DNA from: Bacillota bacterium | Lineage (GTDB): Bacteria > Bacillota > Clostridia > Clostridiales > Clostridiaceae | Length of the DNA: 64,000 nucleotides | Direction of reading: 5' to 3' | Assembly (NCBI GenBank): GCA_030706015.1 | Contig: JAUZPI010000003.1 | Span: 7,004 to 71,003, forward strand | Shown here: positions 16,295 through 26,879 of the stretch, in pieces | How the letters are laid out: each line of letters opens with the position of its first letter | Numbering within the stretch: the first letter of the stretch is position 1 | Notes under the pieces: generated by a model | Seen by the model: only the letters and a program-made list of their open reading frames with translations | Databases searched by the model: none | Told to the model about the DNA's origin: nothing | Made by a program: the position numbers and the translations under genes

Positions 16295-16557
16295 ATATCA
16301 ATAAATCCTTCTATTAGTTCCTCAATCTCAGAAGGATATGCTTCATCAATATCATCCTTAGTTACACTTGGGAAAATAACTGGAATTTTGCCCTTCAATA
16401 AATCAGTACATGCAGCTGTGGCTTCTTTAACGGAAGTAGATTTGATTATATCTTCAAAATCTACCCCGAGTTTGTCTGCTAACTCGTTAAGTTCCTTGAT
16501 TTTCTTCTCTCTTATTGTTACCTCTTTACCTGCAAAATTAACTGTTTTGGTTCTCAA
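16213..16557 (-). CDS. Tail assembly chaperone (gpG-like)
   Basis: 114-aa acidic protein between the major tail and tape measure genes. Confidence 0.65.
   Translation of the reverse strand: MRTKTVNFAGKEVTIREKKIKELNELADKLGVDFEDIIKSTSVKEATAACTDLLKGKIPVIFPSVTKDDIDEAYPSEIEELIEGFIDINFTGVKKVILPVVQLAQKRLSSSQRN
16288..16294 (-). promoter_or_regulatory. Candidate -1 programmed ribosomal frameshift site, A AAT TTT
   Basis: The minus strand reads gat ata AAT TTT aca in the gpG frame, giving the heptamer AAATTTT (X XXY YYZ) in the correct phase. The -1 frame opens 9 nt upstream. Confidence 0.55.
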
Positions 16558-16575
16558 TTTACATCATCCTTTCTA

Positions 16576-17136
16576 TTATGGCATTTGTAGTGGACCATTA
16601 CCTGTAAATTTGATAGTTATCTTTACAAGGTTCTTGGTTTGGGTATCTATATCGAACTCTTCAATAAAGGCCTTACCTTCATATTTCTCTGTAGACACAT
16701 CTTCATCTACATAAAGTTCAAGGTCAATTTCATCTCCGCTATCAATCGCATCCTGCAATACTTTTTGCCCATATGGATCATCTGTAATATTAAAAGAACC
16801 ATCTATTTGTCCGCTCCAAGACTTTGTTCCCACAACTGAACTATCCCAGCCACCATCCCCGAAGTGTGAAGCATCTATTAGGGATTGCTTAATATTTAGC
16901 TTCCACGAACTCAGCTTAGATATTGCAAAACCATCTGTTACATCAATAAAATTAGCCTGCTCTGCTACATCAAAGGCGGCTCCTGCAGCATGTGCTGTTA
17001 TACAGTAATAATACTTAGTCGGACTACCATTAGTTACAATATCGCCAACTTTGTAGTTAGTACCAGTTGCCCACGCAGCAGCACTTGTTAAATCTATTTT
17101 TCTTCTCACATTTCCGTTTCTACCTGTCTTTATCAT
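16576..17136 (-). CDS. Major tail protein
   Basis: 186 aa directly upstream of the chaperone pair. Beta-rich. Confidence 0.6.
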   Translation of the reverse strand: MIKTGRNGNVRRKIDLTSAAAWATGTNYKVGDIVTNGSPTKYYYCITAHAAGAAFDVAEQANFIDVTDGFAISKLSSWKLNIKQSLIDASHFGDGGWDSSVVGTKSWSGQIDGSFNITDDPYGQKVLQDAIDSGDEIDLELYVDEDVSTEKYEGKAFIEEFDIDTQTKNLVKITIKFTGNGPLQMP

Positions 17137-17148
17137 CTATATTCCTCC

Positions 17149-17544
17149 TTACATTTGTTTTGTAACTTTAAAATTAACACTAAATTCCCATCTTAGCTTT
17201 TCATCTTTACCTATTCCTGCTGGGCTTTGTATTGCTGTTATTAAGTCTATTCCAGATATTTCACTGCACCCATGCAATGCTTTATAAATAGCATTTATCC
17301 TATCCCTAGTTTCTTTGTAGCTTGTACCTCTGCAGATAATTTGTAGTCCTGGATACTCAGTGTTGTCGTTCTCGAATGTTAATTCCGGCTCAAAACCACC
17401 TGTTTCATATAAGCATGTACAATTATCAGCATTAATTGTTACACCGCCAGAAACAATTGTATCTGCCATAGCTCCATAGAATAAGTAACTACCTGTTGGA
17501 ATTAGGTTTTGTGATTTTAAGTAATTTCCTACATCTTCAAGCAC
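17149..17544 (-). CDS. Tail terminator or tail completion protein candidate
   Basis: 131 aa. Assigned by position between the HK97 gp10-like gene and the major tail gene. Confidence 0.45.
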   Translation of the reverse strand: MLEDVGNYLKSQNLIPTGSYLFYGAMADTIVSGGVTINADNCTCLYETGGFEPELTFENDNTEYPGLQIICRGTSYKETRDRINAIYKALHGCSEISGIDLITAIQSPAGIGKDEKLRWEFSVNFKVTKQM

Positions 17545-17554
17545 TCTATATCAC

Positions 17555-17989
17555 CTACTCTAAATGCCTTCTATTTGCATCTGCAATATGATCAATATAC
17601 TTATTTATATTTTGTCTAAAAGGCTGCTCAAGATATTTGCTTTCGCCTCCTTGTGGATGTTTATACTCAGTGTGCTCATGCTGCCTAACTGCATACGGCT
17701 CATTAAATCCAACAGTACCAGCTAAAACTGTATCATCATGTACAGTACCTGTAACGCTTATATTACCCTCTTTGTTTCCTTTTGCTATCTGCACACCTTG
17801 TATATTAGCACTTCCACTTCCTCGTAAATCACCTGTATCCACCGGTGCTAACTCAACAGATTTTCCTAAAAGATCTAAAACATTATCTGTAAAGGCTTTT
17901 GTATTTACCTCCCCTAAGTCCTTTATGATCCTATTAAAGTTATTTTCTAAACTTGCTAACCCATCAATTTGTGTCCATTCATCTGCCAT
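17555..17989 (-). CDS. HK97 gp10-like head-tail joining protein
   Basis: LAPVDTGDLRGS motif, typical of the HK97 gp10 family. Confidence 0.65.
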   Translation of the reverse strand: MADEWTQIDGLASLENNFNRIIKDLGEVNTKAFTDNVLDLLGKSVELAPVDTGDLRGSGSANIQGVQIAKGNKEGNISVTGTVHDDTVLAGTVGFNEPYAVRQHEHTEYKHPQGGESKYLEQPFRQNINKYIDHIADANRRHLE

Positions 17990-17999
17990 AATATCACCT

Positions 18000-18284
18000 C
18001 TAATCTACATAGACCTCATAACCTTCTATTTCTCCATCTAGGCCAGTTAAGTTGTTTATCGCAATTACTAGCCTACTGTCTAGCTTATCATCTACATTAA
18101 CTTTATCCATTGTTAGATACATAGCGCTAGAAGTTACTTGAGTGCCTGTTTTATCCCTAACAAGCTTAAAACCTTCTTCTTTTCTACAATTGATATTATC
18201 AGTAGCAGTTATTTTTTCATTGTACTCATTTGTATCTGTTACATACTCCCATACCGTATCTTGATTTAAATAATCCTCAAGCAT
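18000..18284 (-). CDS. Head closure protein candidate
   Basis: 94 aa. Assigned by position in the head-tail connector module. Confidence 0.4.
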   Translation of the reverse strand: MLEDYLNQDTVWEYVTDTNEYNEKITATDNINCRKEEGFKLVRDKTGTQVTSSAMYLTMDKVNVDDKLDSRLVIAINNLTGLDGEIEGYEVYVD

Positions 18285-18295
18285 AATAACACCGC

Positions 18296-18835
18296 CTAGT
18301 AAATCTCAACTGAGGTTGCTAAATATGGCTGTAAAAGTTCTTTAGCTTCCTGTGAAAGTATTTTTATTGTGCTGCCTGTGTATGTTTCGGATAATTTGCT
18401 AACACTAAAAGATTTAACACCTTGTTGCTGGAGTTTAAGCCTTTTATTATTTCCAAATTCTAAAAGCGCTAATGCTTCTTCGCACACTGCTTGCTTAACT
18501 CTTTCACTAACCTCCGATTCTATTATCCACCCTTGGCTACTAGTTATATATTTATTACCATTCTCAGTTACAAAGTAAGAATCAAGCCAATTATAATTAT
18601 TGTAGCTATAAATCATTCGTGGGAATTGCAAAACTTGATTATTAACTGCTTTTCTACCTTGCAACGGTTGTCTTTCAATTTTTTTAGTCGCCATTAAAAT
18701 AGCTTTTACCTTTGTATCATCACCAGCACTATTCCAAGGGTCAGTATATAGCCTTTCGGAAAAGTAATTATTAGCATAATCCAAATCAATATACGAGTTA
18801 TCACCTATAACTAAAGTAACAGCCATAGTTACCAC
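18296..18835 (-). CDS. Head-tail connector (gp6-like DNA-packaging adaptor) candidate
   Basis: 179 aa. First connector gene after the capsid gene. N-terminus YIDLDYANNYFSERLYTDPWNSAGDDTKVKAILMATKKIE. Confidence 0.5.
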   Translation of the reverse strand: MVTMAVTLVIGDNSYIDLDYANNYFSERLYTDPWNSAGDDTKVKAILMATKKIERQPLQGRKAVNNQVLQFPRMIYSYNNYNWLDSYFVTENGNKYITSSQGWIIESEVSERVKQAVCEEALALLEFGNNKRLKLQQQGVKSFSVSKLSETYTGSTIKILSQEAKELLQPYLATSVEIY

Positions 18836-19083
18836 CCTCTTAAAATTAATCTAAATGTTGAAGTAGTAACAATTGAAATAGAATTAAAATCATCAAACGT
18901 GTCTGTAAATGTTTCTCCTGATTTAACTATGATTGATACTTCTCTAATATTTAATTGCAAATCTGTTGGTCCATAATTAGTTACTGAAGCACTAACAAAA
19001 CTTCTGTCTTGTGATGAATAACTGTAATTTCCAGAGCCACTATGCGTAAATCTTACTTTAGGCTGTTTCATTTCAGTTGCCAT
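18829..19083 (-). CDS. Hypothetical phage protein
   Basis: 84-aa ORF translationally coupled to both neighbours. Confidence 0.5.
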   Translation of the reverse strand: MATEMKQPKVRFTHSGSGNYSYSSQDRSFVSASVTNYGPTDLQLNIREVSIIVKSGETFTDTFDDFNSISIVTTSTFRLILRGW

Positions 19084-19316
19084 TATTCCACCGCCTTTAT
19101 TGCATTAATCAATTCATCCCTTTTTAGATTAGAGTATCCTTCAATGCTTTTTTCTTTAGCTAAATTTCTCAATTCTTGAACATTCATGTCCTCAAGCTTT
19201 GTTTCTTTTTTAATGCCATTTAACTTTTGATGTTCTAGGCAATTATCCTCATGTATCTTGAATATTTCTGGATTTTCTATGTCAATTCCACAATATTTAC
19301 ACTTCATGTTTCTCAC
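19083..19316 (-). CDS. Small protein with an N-terminal zinc-finger-like CxxC...C and a C-terminal Rho_N/SAP-like domain
   Basis: MKCKYCGIDIE...NCLEH, then LEDMNVQELRNLAKEKSIEGYSNLKRDELINAI (Rho N-terminal-domain pattern). Confidence 0.5.
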   Translation of the reverse strand: MRNMKCKYCGIDIENPEIFKIHEDNCLEHQKLNGIKKETKLEDMNVQELRNLAKEKSIEGYSNLKRDELINAIKAVE

Positions 19317-19351
19317 CTCGTTTCATAGAAAAAAAGGATAAGGTTTTACCC

Positions 19352-20461
19352 CTATCCTAATATTCTGCAAGCCAACTCAGGATAAATACTCTTTACTCCG
19401 TAAAGCATATCTATTGAAATAATATTTTGCTTGGTAGACATATTATACCCCATGGTTACTCTTAAGCTTAATCCACTTGGAGAAGTTGCAACGTAAGAGT
19501 TAGCACCTCCCATTGGTGGCTCCATTGGTCTACTTACTAACGCTAATGCATTTTTATGGAAGCCAAGTGATGCAACGTGGGATTTACCAAAGGAAACTGC
19601 TTGTGCTGAAAATGTATCTTTGACAGCAGGATACACATTAACACTAACAACACCAGCTACTGCGGCTGCACTATCAGCAATTACTACAAACTGTTGTCCG
19701 TTTGCAGTAAAGATATCTCCCTTCTTAAGTTGAGCAGTTGAAGCACCAGCAGCACTAGTCAATGTAACTGTTGAGTTTCCAGCAGTACCAGTACCAGTTA
19801 CATCAGTTAATGAAGTATAAGCACCAGCAACATGTGTTTTAATATTTTGATCCATATAATTATCAAATCCCATTACTCTACCCATTGAAGCTTCTCTTAA
19901 TGCATCAGTAGAACCTGATTTATTAGCATTTGCTAAAGAATCCATAGTTACAAGTTTTGCCTGAGCGTATGGGTCCCATACAGCACATCTATTTGCCATA
20001 GGTACTCTATTCTTATTCATTACGAGCATAGCATTTGATATGTCACTTAGGCTTGATGGCGTTGTACCACCTAAGCCACTGTAGTATGGTATCTCACTGT
20101 ACAAACCACATAAGTCTTGGTCTACTTTTTCAGCAATTGCTAGTGTAGCACCATCAAGTATTTGAGAACTAAAATCATCAATGTTTAAGGACAATTCTTT
20201 TGAAGATACTTCCACTGATACGTCAGCTATTTTATCCAACTTAACAAGTACATTTGATTCACCAACATCTTGGAGGTTTATAGTCTCTCCAAAATCATCA
20301 GCTATGAAGGTGGCTGGCTTCTTAACTTGGATTGTATCCCCTTTTTGCTTAAATTCATTTGCGTAGTCTGTGTATACTAAACCAGCCATTACAAAGTTAG
20401 AATGTAATCTTAATAATGCTTGTCTAGCAATTTCTTGGGTTGTTAAAAAATTATTTGCCAT
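19352..20461 (-). CDS. Major capsid protein (P22 coat/gp5-like family)
   Basis: 369 aa. N-terminus MANNFLTTQEIARQALLRLHSNFVMAGLV. Follows the scaffold gene. Confidence 0.8.
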   Translation of the reverse strand: MANNFLTTQEIARQALLRLHSNFVMAGLVYTDYANEFKQKGDTIQVKKPATFIADDFGETINLQDVGESNVLVKLDKIADVSVEVSSKELSLNIDDFSSQILDGATLAIAEKVDQDLCGLYSEIPYYSGLGGTTPSSLSDISNAMLVMNKNRVPMANRCAVWDPYAQAKLVTMDSLANANKSGSTDALREASMGRVMGFDNYMDQNIKTHVAGAYTSLTDVTGTGTAGNSTVTLTSAAGASTAQLKKGDIFTANGQQFVVIADSAAAVAGVVSVNVYPAVKDTFSAQAVSFGKSHVASLGFHKNALALVSRPMEPPMGGANSYVATSPSGLSLRVTMGYNMSTKQNIISIDMLYGVKSIYPELACRILG

Positions 20462-20482
20462 TAATAATCACTCTCCTATTTT

Positions 20483-21121
20483 TTATTTTGAATGTGCAGC
20501 GAACCACTCTGCATCTGTCATTTTTGATTCATCCTTGGGTGTATTGCCACCACCTCCAGGAGGGTTAGTTCCTCCACTTGGTGGAATAATCTCACCAAAT
20601 AGCTCTTTATAGCTTTCTTGAACTGCTTGAAGTTGTTCGTCTAAACCTTTTATTGAACCATCTTCACCAAATTCAAACTTTGATTTATCAAACTTGGTAG
20701 ATAATAGATCTGCATATTTTGGATTAACCTTAGCATTAACCAGACCTAATTTTATAGCAGTATCTATCTGTGTTTCCTTGTATTTGTTCTCCCATTCAGT
20801 ATTTTTTGTTTGATAATCATTCAGCTGGGTTGTAGAGGATTCAAGCTTCTTTTGTAAGTCCTCTAACTGCTGCTTAAGCAACGGATTTTCAGAGGATGCA
20901 GTTTTCATTGCTTCAAGCTGAGGTTTTAAATCTTCGTATTCCTTGGATACTTTCTCTAAATCTTTGATTTGAGTTTCAAGTTCCTTCTTCCTATCGTTAA
21001 TAGAGTTGAACTTGTCCTTGGGTATCCAGTTACCATCACTCACTATAGCAATTTTGTTATCACCTACCTTTTGTGATACCTGGTTATATAATTCTTCTCC
21101 AAGTAATTCTTTTAAGTCCAT
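20483..21121 (-). CDS. Scaffolding protein (GP20-like)
   Basis: MDLKELLGEELYNQVSQKVGDNKIAIVSDGNWIPKDKFN, followed by coiled coil. Confidence 0.75.
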   Translation of the reverse strand: MDLKELLGEELYNQVSQKVGDNKIAIVSDGNWIPKDKFNSINDRKKELETQIKDLEKVSKEYEDLKPQLEAMKTASSENPLLKQQLEDLQKKLESSTTQLNDYQTKNTEWENKYKETQIDTAIKLGLVNAKVNPKYADLLSTKFDKSKFEFGEDGSIKGLDEQLQAVQESYKELFGEIIPPSGGTNPPGGGGNTPKDESKMTDAEWFAAHSK

Positions 21122-21287
21122 TTATATCAATCTCCCTTCTATTTAACCTTTTTATTTAGTGGTCGGCTCCACCAATAGATTTCGTTTCTTTATGCTCTAA
21201 CCCTTAAAAAGAGCAAAATAAAAAAGCCTTATCTCTAAGACTTTTTATATGTATCTTTATATTCACTTTTAACCCATAATTTCCCTA

Positions 21288-21818
21288 TTACCTATGCCTA
21301 TACGTCCTATAGGCCTCATTATAAGCCTTTCTATTCATTTCTTCATAATACTGTAAGGGCTCTTGTAACATATCATTTAGGACGTTATCACTTATTTTTA
21401 GCAATTCAATTATTTTGGGAATGTTACCAAATATCACTAATGTTTTAAGATGATTTTCAGCTGTATTATGAGAATATCGTAAACGATCATAAAAAGATGA
21501 TAAACTGCATATTTCAATTTTAGCATTATGAAGGTTTATCCAAATTTCCTTTTTACTCTTCATCTTACTAAAATACTCTAGCCACTTTTCTAAATAGTTC
21601 TCCTTAAAATAATTTAGTACACACTCTTCTTGCTGATCGAACTTTATTTTTTTACTCTGCTCATACTCCCTTTGCTTTCTATCCTTTTCTTTACACTCTT
21701 CACACAAAATTATCTCAAAGAATTCTATCCTATTCCAATCATCCATTCTCGTTATTTTTTCAATTTTTCCATTACCGCACTGGCAATCCTCATATGAAGT
21801 AAATTCTTCCCAACTCAT
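21288..21818 (-). CDS. Hypothetical protein (insert between the head morphogenesis and scaffold genes)
   Basis: 176 aa with an N-terminal CxC...CxxC cluster. Flanked by ~100-160 nt intergenic spacers, with a hairpin plus U-run downstream (about 21226..21255). Confidence 0.55.
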   Translation of the reverse strand: MSWEEFTSYEDCQCGNGKIEKITRMDDWNRIEFFEIILCEECKEKDRKQREYEQSKKIKFDQQEECVLNYFKENYLEKWLEYFSKMKSKKEIWINLHNAKIEICSLSSFYDRLRYSHNTAENHLKTLVIFGNIPKIIELLKISDNVLNDMLQEPLQYYEEMNRKAYNEAYRTYRHR

Positions 21819-21921
21819 AATTCATTCTCCCCCGTAATTAATATTCTAATATAATTATATCTCTTATATTTTAAATATTAAAACAGGAACTTAAATTTAT
21901 CAACAAAGAAACTTTTTAAGC

Positions 21922-22980
21922 TTAAATAATTTCATTTTTTACAGCAGATTCATATAGCGTTTTTAATTTTTTCCATCTATTACTATTTGAATTTTTCATT
22001 TGCCTAAAGTTAGCAAAGTTTTTAGGTACGTCATTAGGTATAGCTAGTTTATATCTTTGATATTGATTCCTATCTGCTCTTAATTTCATTTTTTCAAACT
22101 GTTGTTTATTATAATCATCAATAGCCTTTTTATCTCTTTCAGATACTTCAAAACGTCTATTAGAATATTGAATGTCACCCTCTAAATCATCTGCCAAACT
22201 TTCTATATAAGGAAATATTCTATGTCTACAATTAGGATGAATATTTGCATGCTCTCCACTAAAAGCAGTGCTTAAAGGCGGAAATCTATTGTCTTTACCT
22301 GATATACTGTACACCCTACCTTGATATACCGAGCAAATAGGACACGTTGTTGCATGACTTGTCATTTTAACTAGATCATATCCTAACTCAGTAAGTTGGT
22401 TCGTTGTGGCTGTATTTGTTACCTCAGCAGTTGTAGAACGTGCTACGGTAGCAGCATAAGCTTCTAGACTAATAGTCCTGCCCCTTTTATCCTTTATGCC
22501 ATTTAATCCTTGGTCTATTAGCATATTAACAAGATTTTTCTTACATTCCTTAACTGTTTGTCCAGTACTAATTTTTAATGCTACAGCATCTAAACCAGCT
22601 TTTCTAACAGCATCTTGAATTTGCCTACCTACGAATACATTAGCATCATGTAAATTGCTGAAATAGTTCTTAACAATAGTCAAAATAGCATCTGTATGAA
22701 GCTTTGAAAATGTAGAACTCTGGCTTACATCAACGTTCTGCGCTAGAAGGCTTGAAACCACCTCGTCTATGGTATCCTTGTAGTAATTTTCTACTATCTG
22801 CTTGGTTAATTTGTATGCTTCGATATCTAAGTCAGCTAATATTTTATTGACCTTGGCTAACAAACTTCTCTGATAGGCTGTAACATTTCCTTTAGCTTCT
22901 TTCTCTGCGATAACCCTAATTAATTCTTGCTGCGCTTTCTCATAAACCTCTATAAGCTTTTGAACTAACTTATCATCCAT
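21922..22980 (-). CDS. Minor head protein (SPP1 gp7 / Mu F-like head morphogenesis)
   Basis: CPICSVYQGRVY...HPNCRHRIFPY motif. Confidence 0.8.
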   Translation of the reverse strand: MDDKLVQKLIEVYEKAQQELIRVIAEKEAKGNVTAYQRSLLAKVNKILADLDIEAYKLTKQIVENYYKDTIDEVVSSLLAQNVDVSQSSTFSKLHTDAILTIVKNYFSNLHDANVFVGRQIQDAVRKAGLDAVALKISTGQTVKECKKNLVNMLIDQGLNGIKDKRGRTISLEAYAATVARSTTAEVTNTATTNQLTELGYDLVKMTSHATTCPICSVYQGRVYSISGKDNRFPPLSTAFSGEHANIHPNCRHRIFPYIESLADDLEGDIQYSNRRFEVSERDKKAIDDYNKQQFEKMKLRADRNQYQRYKLAIPNDVPKNFANFRQMKNSNSNRWKKLKTLYESAVKNEII

Positions 22981-24455
22981 TATTCACCACCATTATTGGC
23001 ATTAGAGTTTGCATAAGGAAAATTATTTCCTCCTAATGGATTAGTTGAAGCTTCATCACTTCTTATTAAATCTAATTCAATCTGCGCATCTTCCTCATTT
23101 AATCCATCTAGGCGCTCTATTGCTGTCACCTGGCTAATTGTAGGCTTATCTCCTGTTCTCACTTGCATTATTTGCGCTTCTTCTAATGGGTCTTGTGGTA
23201 ATCCGTCATTCCATTGAATTGAAATAGATGCTTTACTGAGGTCTTGAATGCCCTCACCACCTAATTGGCTGCATAATTTAATTGCCTTTTTAAGTGCTGG
23301 GTCTAGTCTCATTCTGATTCTTCTTACTTTAGCTAAAGGAGAAATCATCAACCGTCTTAAGGCACTACCTGAGGGTATTTGTCCGGTTCTATGCCCTTCC
23401 ATATCTCCAAATATTGCACTTCCCATTTCACTTATTGTATAGAGTAAATTTACCAACTTCTCAATGTATTTAAAGTTTGCTTCTAAGGATGCATCCCAGG
23501 TTATATATTTTGTCTCAGGATCTTCATTATTATCTCTAGCAAAGAAATTTCCCATCTTAAGATGATATTCTCCTGTTTGAGGGTCTTGCCGCAACGCACT
23601 GCTCGGTCCACTTACACTAGGTTCTGCGTGTTTATCTAGCACCTTGGCTATTTGAGATACTCTAACTTCTAATTCAGATACAATGGAATCAATATCACCA
23701 TAATCATCAATTCCAAAAACTCTATCACTTGTTATTGTGTTAGACACCTGTATAATAGCAAAATCATTAAGGCCGGTTTTAATTGTAGTTGGTTCTCCTA
23801 ACATTGCTACTATTTGTCCATCCTTTAGCAGATATTCTCTTACCTCATAGCTACTAATTGAATGTATTTGCACCTTTAAATGCTTTGATTTTTGAACCTT
23901 GCCATTCATTATTCTGTTTAATACACCATCATTACTTTCAATAACATCAAATGTCCATGCTAGAACATGGTATTGAACTTTCTTTATATTGTCTGGAGAA
24001 ACTACAGGAAACCATATGCTCGGCTGAGTAACATCTATTTTCCCTGCTGACGTATCAGCATCCTTATAAATAAAAAACAACCCATCACCCATCCTAGATA
24101 TATCAATGACAGCTTGATAAGCTGTGTTGTTAAAATCACTATTTGAACATATAGTGTCAATGACCTCCTGCTCCTGACTATCTTCTTTCCCTACAAGAAT
24201 CTTAGGAGGGTCACCAAGCAATAAATCAGCAACTTTAAGTGAAATAAGCTTCTGAAAGTTAGCCAATACAGCATAACTTATTACATTTTGAAAATTACCT
24301 ATGACACGCTGGATTCTCTTAAATTGTTCTGCATACACTTCATCATGCTTGTTTTCAAATAGCTTTCTATTTCTATCGTAAAGCTTTAATCTATCAACTT
24401 CGCTTGGGGGTGGCCACATTTGCCCTATACTAAGAAAGCCTAAATCTGTTAGCAT
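22980..24455 (-). CDS. Portal protein (SPP1 gp6-like)
   Basis: 491 aa between TerL and the minor head protein. Acidic C-terminus. Confidence 0.8.
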   Translation of the reverse strand: MLTDLGFLSIGQMWPPPSEVDRLKLYDRNRKLFENKHDEVYAEQFKRIQRVIGNFQNVISYAVLANFQKLISLKVADLLLGDPPKILVGKEDSQEQEVIDTICSNSDFNNTAYQAVIDISRMGDGLFFIYKDADTSAGKIDVTQPSIWFPVVSPDNIKKVQYHVLAWTFDVIESNDGVLNRIMNGKVQKSKHLKVQIHSISSYEVREYLLKDGQIVAMLGEPTTIKTGLNDFAIIQVSNTITSDRVFGIDDYGDIDSIVSELEVRVSQIAKVLDKHAEPSVSGPSSALRQDPQTGEYHLKMGNFFARDNNEDPETKYITWDASLEANFKYIEKLVNLLYTISEMGSAIFGDMEGHRTGQIPSGSALRRLMISPLAKVRRIRMRLDPALKKAIKLCSQLGGEGIQDLSKASISIQWNDGLPQDPLEEAQIMQVRTGDKPTISQVTAIERLDGLNEEDAQIELDLIRSDEASTNPLGGNNFPYANSNANNGGE

Positions 24456-24466
24456 CCTATCACCTC

Positions 24467-25750
24467 CTACATTCTTACGTTTACTGGTCCTATTGCATTC
24501 TTTATATTCGATACTTCATATCCATCCAAGCCATACCATATAGCACTAAAGGTATGAGGGTCAATGTTAAATTCATCCTCAATTATTTCTCCATCCTTAT
24601 TGGTAGCATAAGTTAATTCTTTAAGTTCCTCAATTGTATTTACACAATTCTCTGAGCATATAATTTTCTTAAACCTCTTAACTTTTTTAGTGTTTTGAAG
24701 TCTACTCCCAGGGAATTTCTTTGCACCCTTCATATTGAAACCTTGCTGCTTATAGTACTTAATTGTTTTAGGCTCTGCACTATCAGAGTAGATTAATTCC
24801 TGAGTATTTTTAAATTCTGCTATTTCCACAGCAGTTTTATCATCTGTCATTTGATTTTTATAGTACTCCCAATAAATATAGAGAATTTTCTCTTCATGAT
24901 CTACCACCATACGAACTATTGCATTATATGAAGTCTCAAAACCAAAATCCATTCCTACTCTCATGATAGAGTTTTTTATTTTCTGTATGGCTTCAAGAAC
25001 TTCGTGGTGTGGCCTAACTTCAAACTGTGGTAAAACTCTAACACCGTTAATACCAAATTGACCTTTTCGGGCTATTCTATAGAGGTCTACATCATAGGTT
25101 TTGAGTTCTTCCAGCTGCTCTATATAACTTTTAGGCAAAAATAAATTATCATCAGCAGTAGAGTGATGATAATAAGTGTTATTTTTAACTATTGTTCTAT
25201 TCTTGTAAAGTTCTTGATCATCAAGTATAAATACATTTTTCTTCATGTCATTAAAAAAGTGCTTAAAGGACCAATTGCTTTTGCTTACCGGGTTGGTTGA
25301 TAGCAACATATGCAAACTTAATGATGGATGCCTTAAACGTCCTAAAAGTTCTTTAAAACCTTCATATTTTACCTCGGAACATTCTTCAATCCATACAATT
25401 GATACATTGTTAATTGATTTAAGCTTAGCAGGCTTATCCATGCCCTTGAATATTATCTTAGAGCCATTAGGAAACTTAACTTGCATAGGTGATGATGTGA
25501 ATTTAATCCTATCATCCAATTCCATTTCAGTTACAATTTCTTCTAGGAGTGAAAAGCAGCTATCTCTTATAGTGTCATATACTTCCCTAACTACCAAGGC
25601 CGTTCTTTTTTCTGATAACAGTTTAAGAATAAGCTTTAAGGCTACATGGTAACTCTTAGATGAACCATAGCCGCCAACTAAGAAATAAAACTTGTATTCC
25701 CAATTAAAGAGGAAATCTTCAAAGTGAGGATTGACTTCTTTTTCAATCAT
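24467..25750 (-). CDS. Terminase large subunit (PBSX/Terminase_3 type)
   Basis: Walker A-like [16 protein letters not shown], followed by a nuclease half. Overlaps the TerS stop. Confidence 0.9.
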   Translation of the reverse strand: MIEKEVNPHFEDFLFNWEYKFYFLVGGYGSSKSYHVALKLILKLLSEKRTALVVREVYDTIRDSCFSLLEEIVTEMELDDRIKFTSSPMQVKFPNGSKIIFKGMDKPAKLKSINNVSIVWIEECSEVKYEGFKELLGRLRHPSLSLHMLLSTNPVSKSNWSFKHFFNDMKKNVFILDDQELYKNRTIVKNNTYYHHSTADDNLFLPKSYIEQLEELKTYDVDLYRIARKGQFGINGVRVLPQFEVRPHHEVLEAIQKIKNSIMRVGMDFGFETSYNAIVRMVVDHEEKILYIYWEYYKNQMTDDKTAVEIAEFKNTQELIYSDSAEPKTIKYYKQQGFNMKGAKKFPGSRLQNTKKVKRFKKIICSENCVNTIEELKELTYATNKDGEIIEDEFNIDPHTFSAIWYGLDGYEVSNIKNAIGPVNVRM

Positions 25751-26475
25751 TTTTCCTCACCCTTTCGCTTTATGACTATCTCGATTGGTTTATCATCATC
25801 TGGATTCTTAGATACTTTTTCAATATCAACCTTAAGCTTTTCAATTCTAAGTTTCTGTTCCTCGGTTGCTAAATCCCAATTCTTGTGCAGAAGTTCATCA
25901 TAGTTCTTAATCATGCTTTGCAATGTTGCCATGGCTCTACTTTGAGCGTTAAGGAAGGTTGCTTGCCTATCCCATGCGAATTGAAATTCCCATTCTCTTT
26001 CCTCAGAAGAACTCTTGTCGCCCCATGAATCCTTTGTCTTTTTCAATTCCTTAATCATTTCACTCTTGGATTCAACAAGCATAATCCTTTGCGCCCTTAT
26101 GATTGCAGCATACTGGATTGTGATGTTTTCCCACAGAATATCTAGTGGGTGTTTTTGCTCAATCTCCTGTATAATCCCTAAGGTTTCCTCCGGAAGATAC
26201 TTAGAAAAAAAACCATGAGTCTCAGCGTTCTTATTCTTTGCCGGTGCTCCATGACCTTCTGCATTCTTATTATTCAAGGGTGCACCTTTTTTCTTTTTGG
26301 GTGCACCCTTCTCTTTTTTATCCTTGGACCAGTTATAACGCTTAATCCATGACTTTATTGTATTTACACTTACTTCATATTTTTCTGCTAATTCTTTATA
26401 CTTCATACCTTTTAAGTAATCTCGTTTTGCCTGTTCTTTTACATCAGGTGCCCTTGCTTCATTCATTACCACCAC
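25747..26475 (-). CDS. Terminase small subunit
   Basis: N-terminal [33 protein letters not shown] and a basic G/A/P-rich linker. Directly upstream of TerL. Confidence 0.75.
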   Translation of the reverse strand: MVVMNEARAPDVKEQAKRDYLKGMKYKELAEKYEVSVNTIKSWIKRYNWSKDKKEKGAPKKKKGAPLNNKNAEGHGAPAKNKNAETHGFFSKYLPEETLGIIQEIEQKHPLDILWENITIQYAAIIRAQRIMLVESKSEMIKELKKTKDSWGDKSSSEEREWEFQFAWDRQATFLNAQSRAMATLQSMIKNYDELLHKNWDLATEEQKLRIEKLKVDIEKVSKNPDDDKPIEIVIKRKGEEK

Positions 26476-26508
26476 CTCATTGCTAGTTGCTTTTGTTTGT
26501 TTTGGGTA

Positions 26509-26540
26509 TAAAAAAGAACTCTGTTAAGAGTTCTTTTTTA
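26509..26540 (-). terminator. Perfect 9-bp hairpin terminator between the minigene unit and terS (bidirectional by sequence)
   Basis: aagaactct gtta agagttctt flanked by an A-run and a T-run. Abuts the stop codon of 26538..26879. Confidence 0.6.
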
Positions 26541-26879
26541 CTGATTGCTATATTTTGGTATTATATTATCTATTTCTGCAATTTTATTCCTCAGCTTACT
26601 AATAGCTATTTTGTATTCATTCTTTTCATTCTCAATTTTGGAGGTTAAATCATTGTATTCTTCATGATATTTGTAGTATTCTTCGCTATATGATTCATCG
26701 CTATGCTTTAACGCTCCATATAACTCTCTCTTAGCCCAAGTTTCTCCTATCTTCTGCCTTTTCGCAACTATTTCTTCTGCCTTTTTAGCCAATTCTTGTA
26801 TACAATTTTCTTTAATATCTTTTAACGCTTTAACAATTTCTTTTGAGTAATTATTAGAAAACATTTGATTTGTATCCAT
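26538..26879 (-). CDS. Hypothetical helical protein
   Basis: AAGGTGG SD then ATG at 26879 (MDTNQMF...). The track start at 26906 lacks an SD. Confidence 0.55.
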   Translation of the reverse strand: MDTNQMFSNNYSKEIVKALKDIKENCIQELAKKAEEIVAKRQKIGETWAKRELYGALKHSDESYSEEYYKYHEEYNDLTSKIENEKNEYKIAISKLRNKIAEIDNIIPKYSNQ

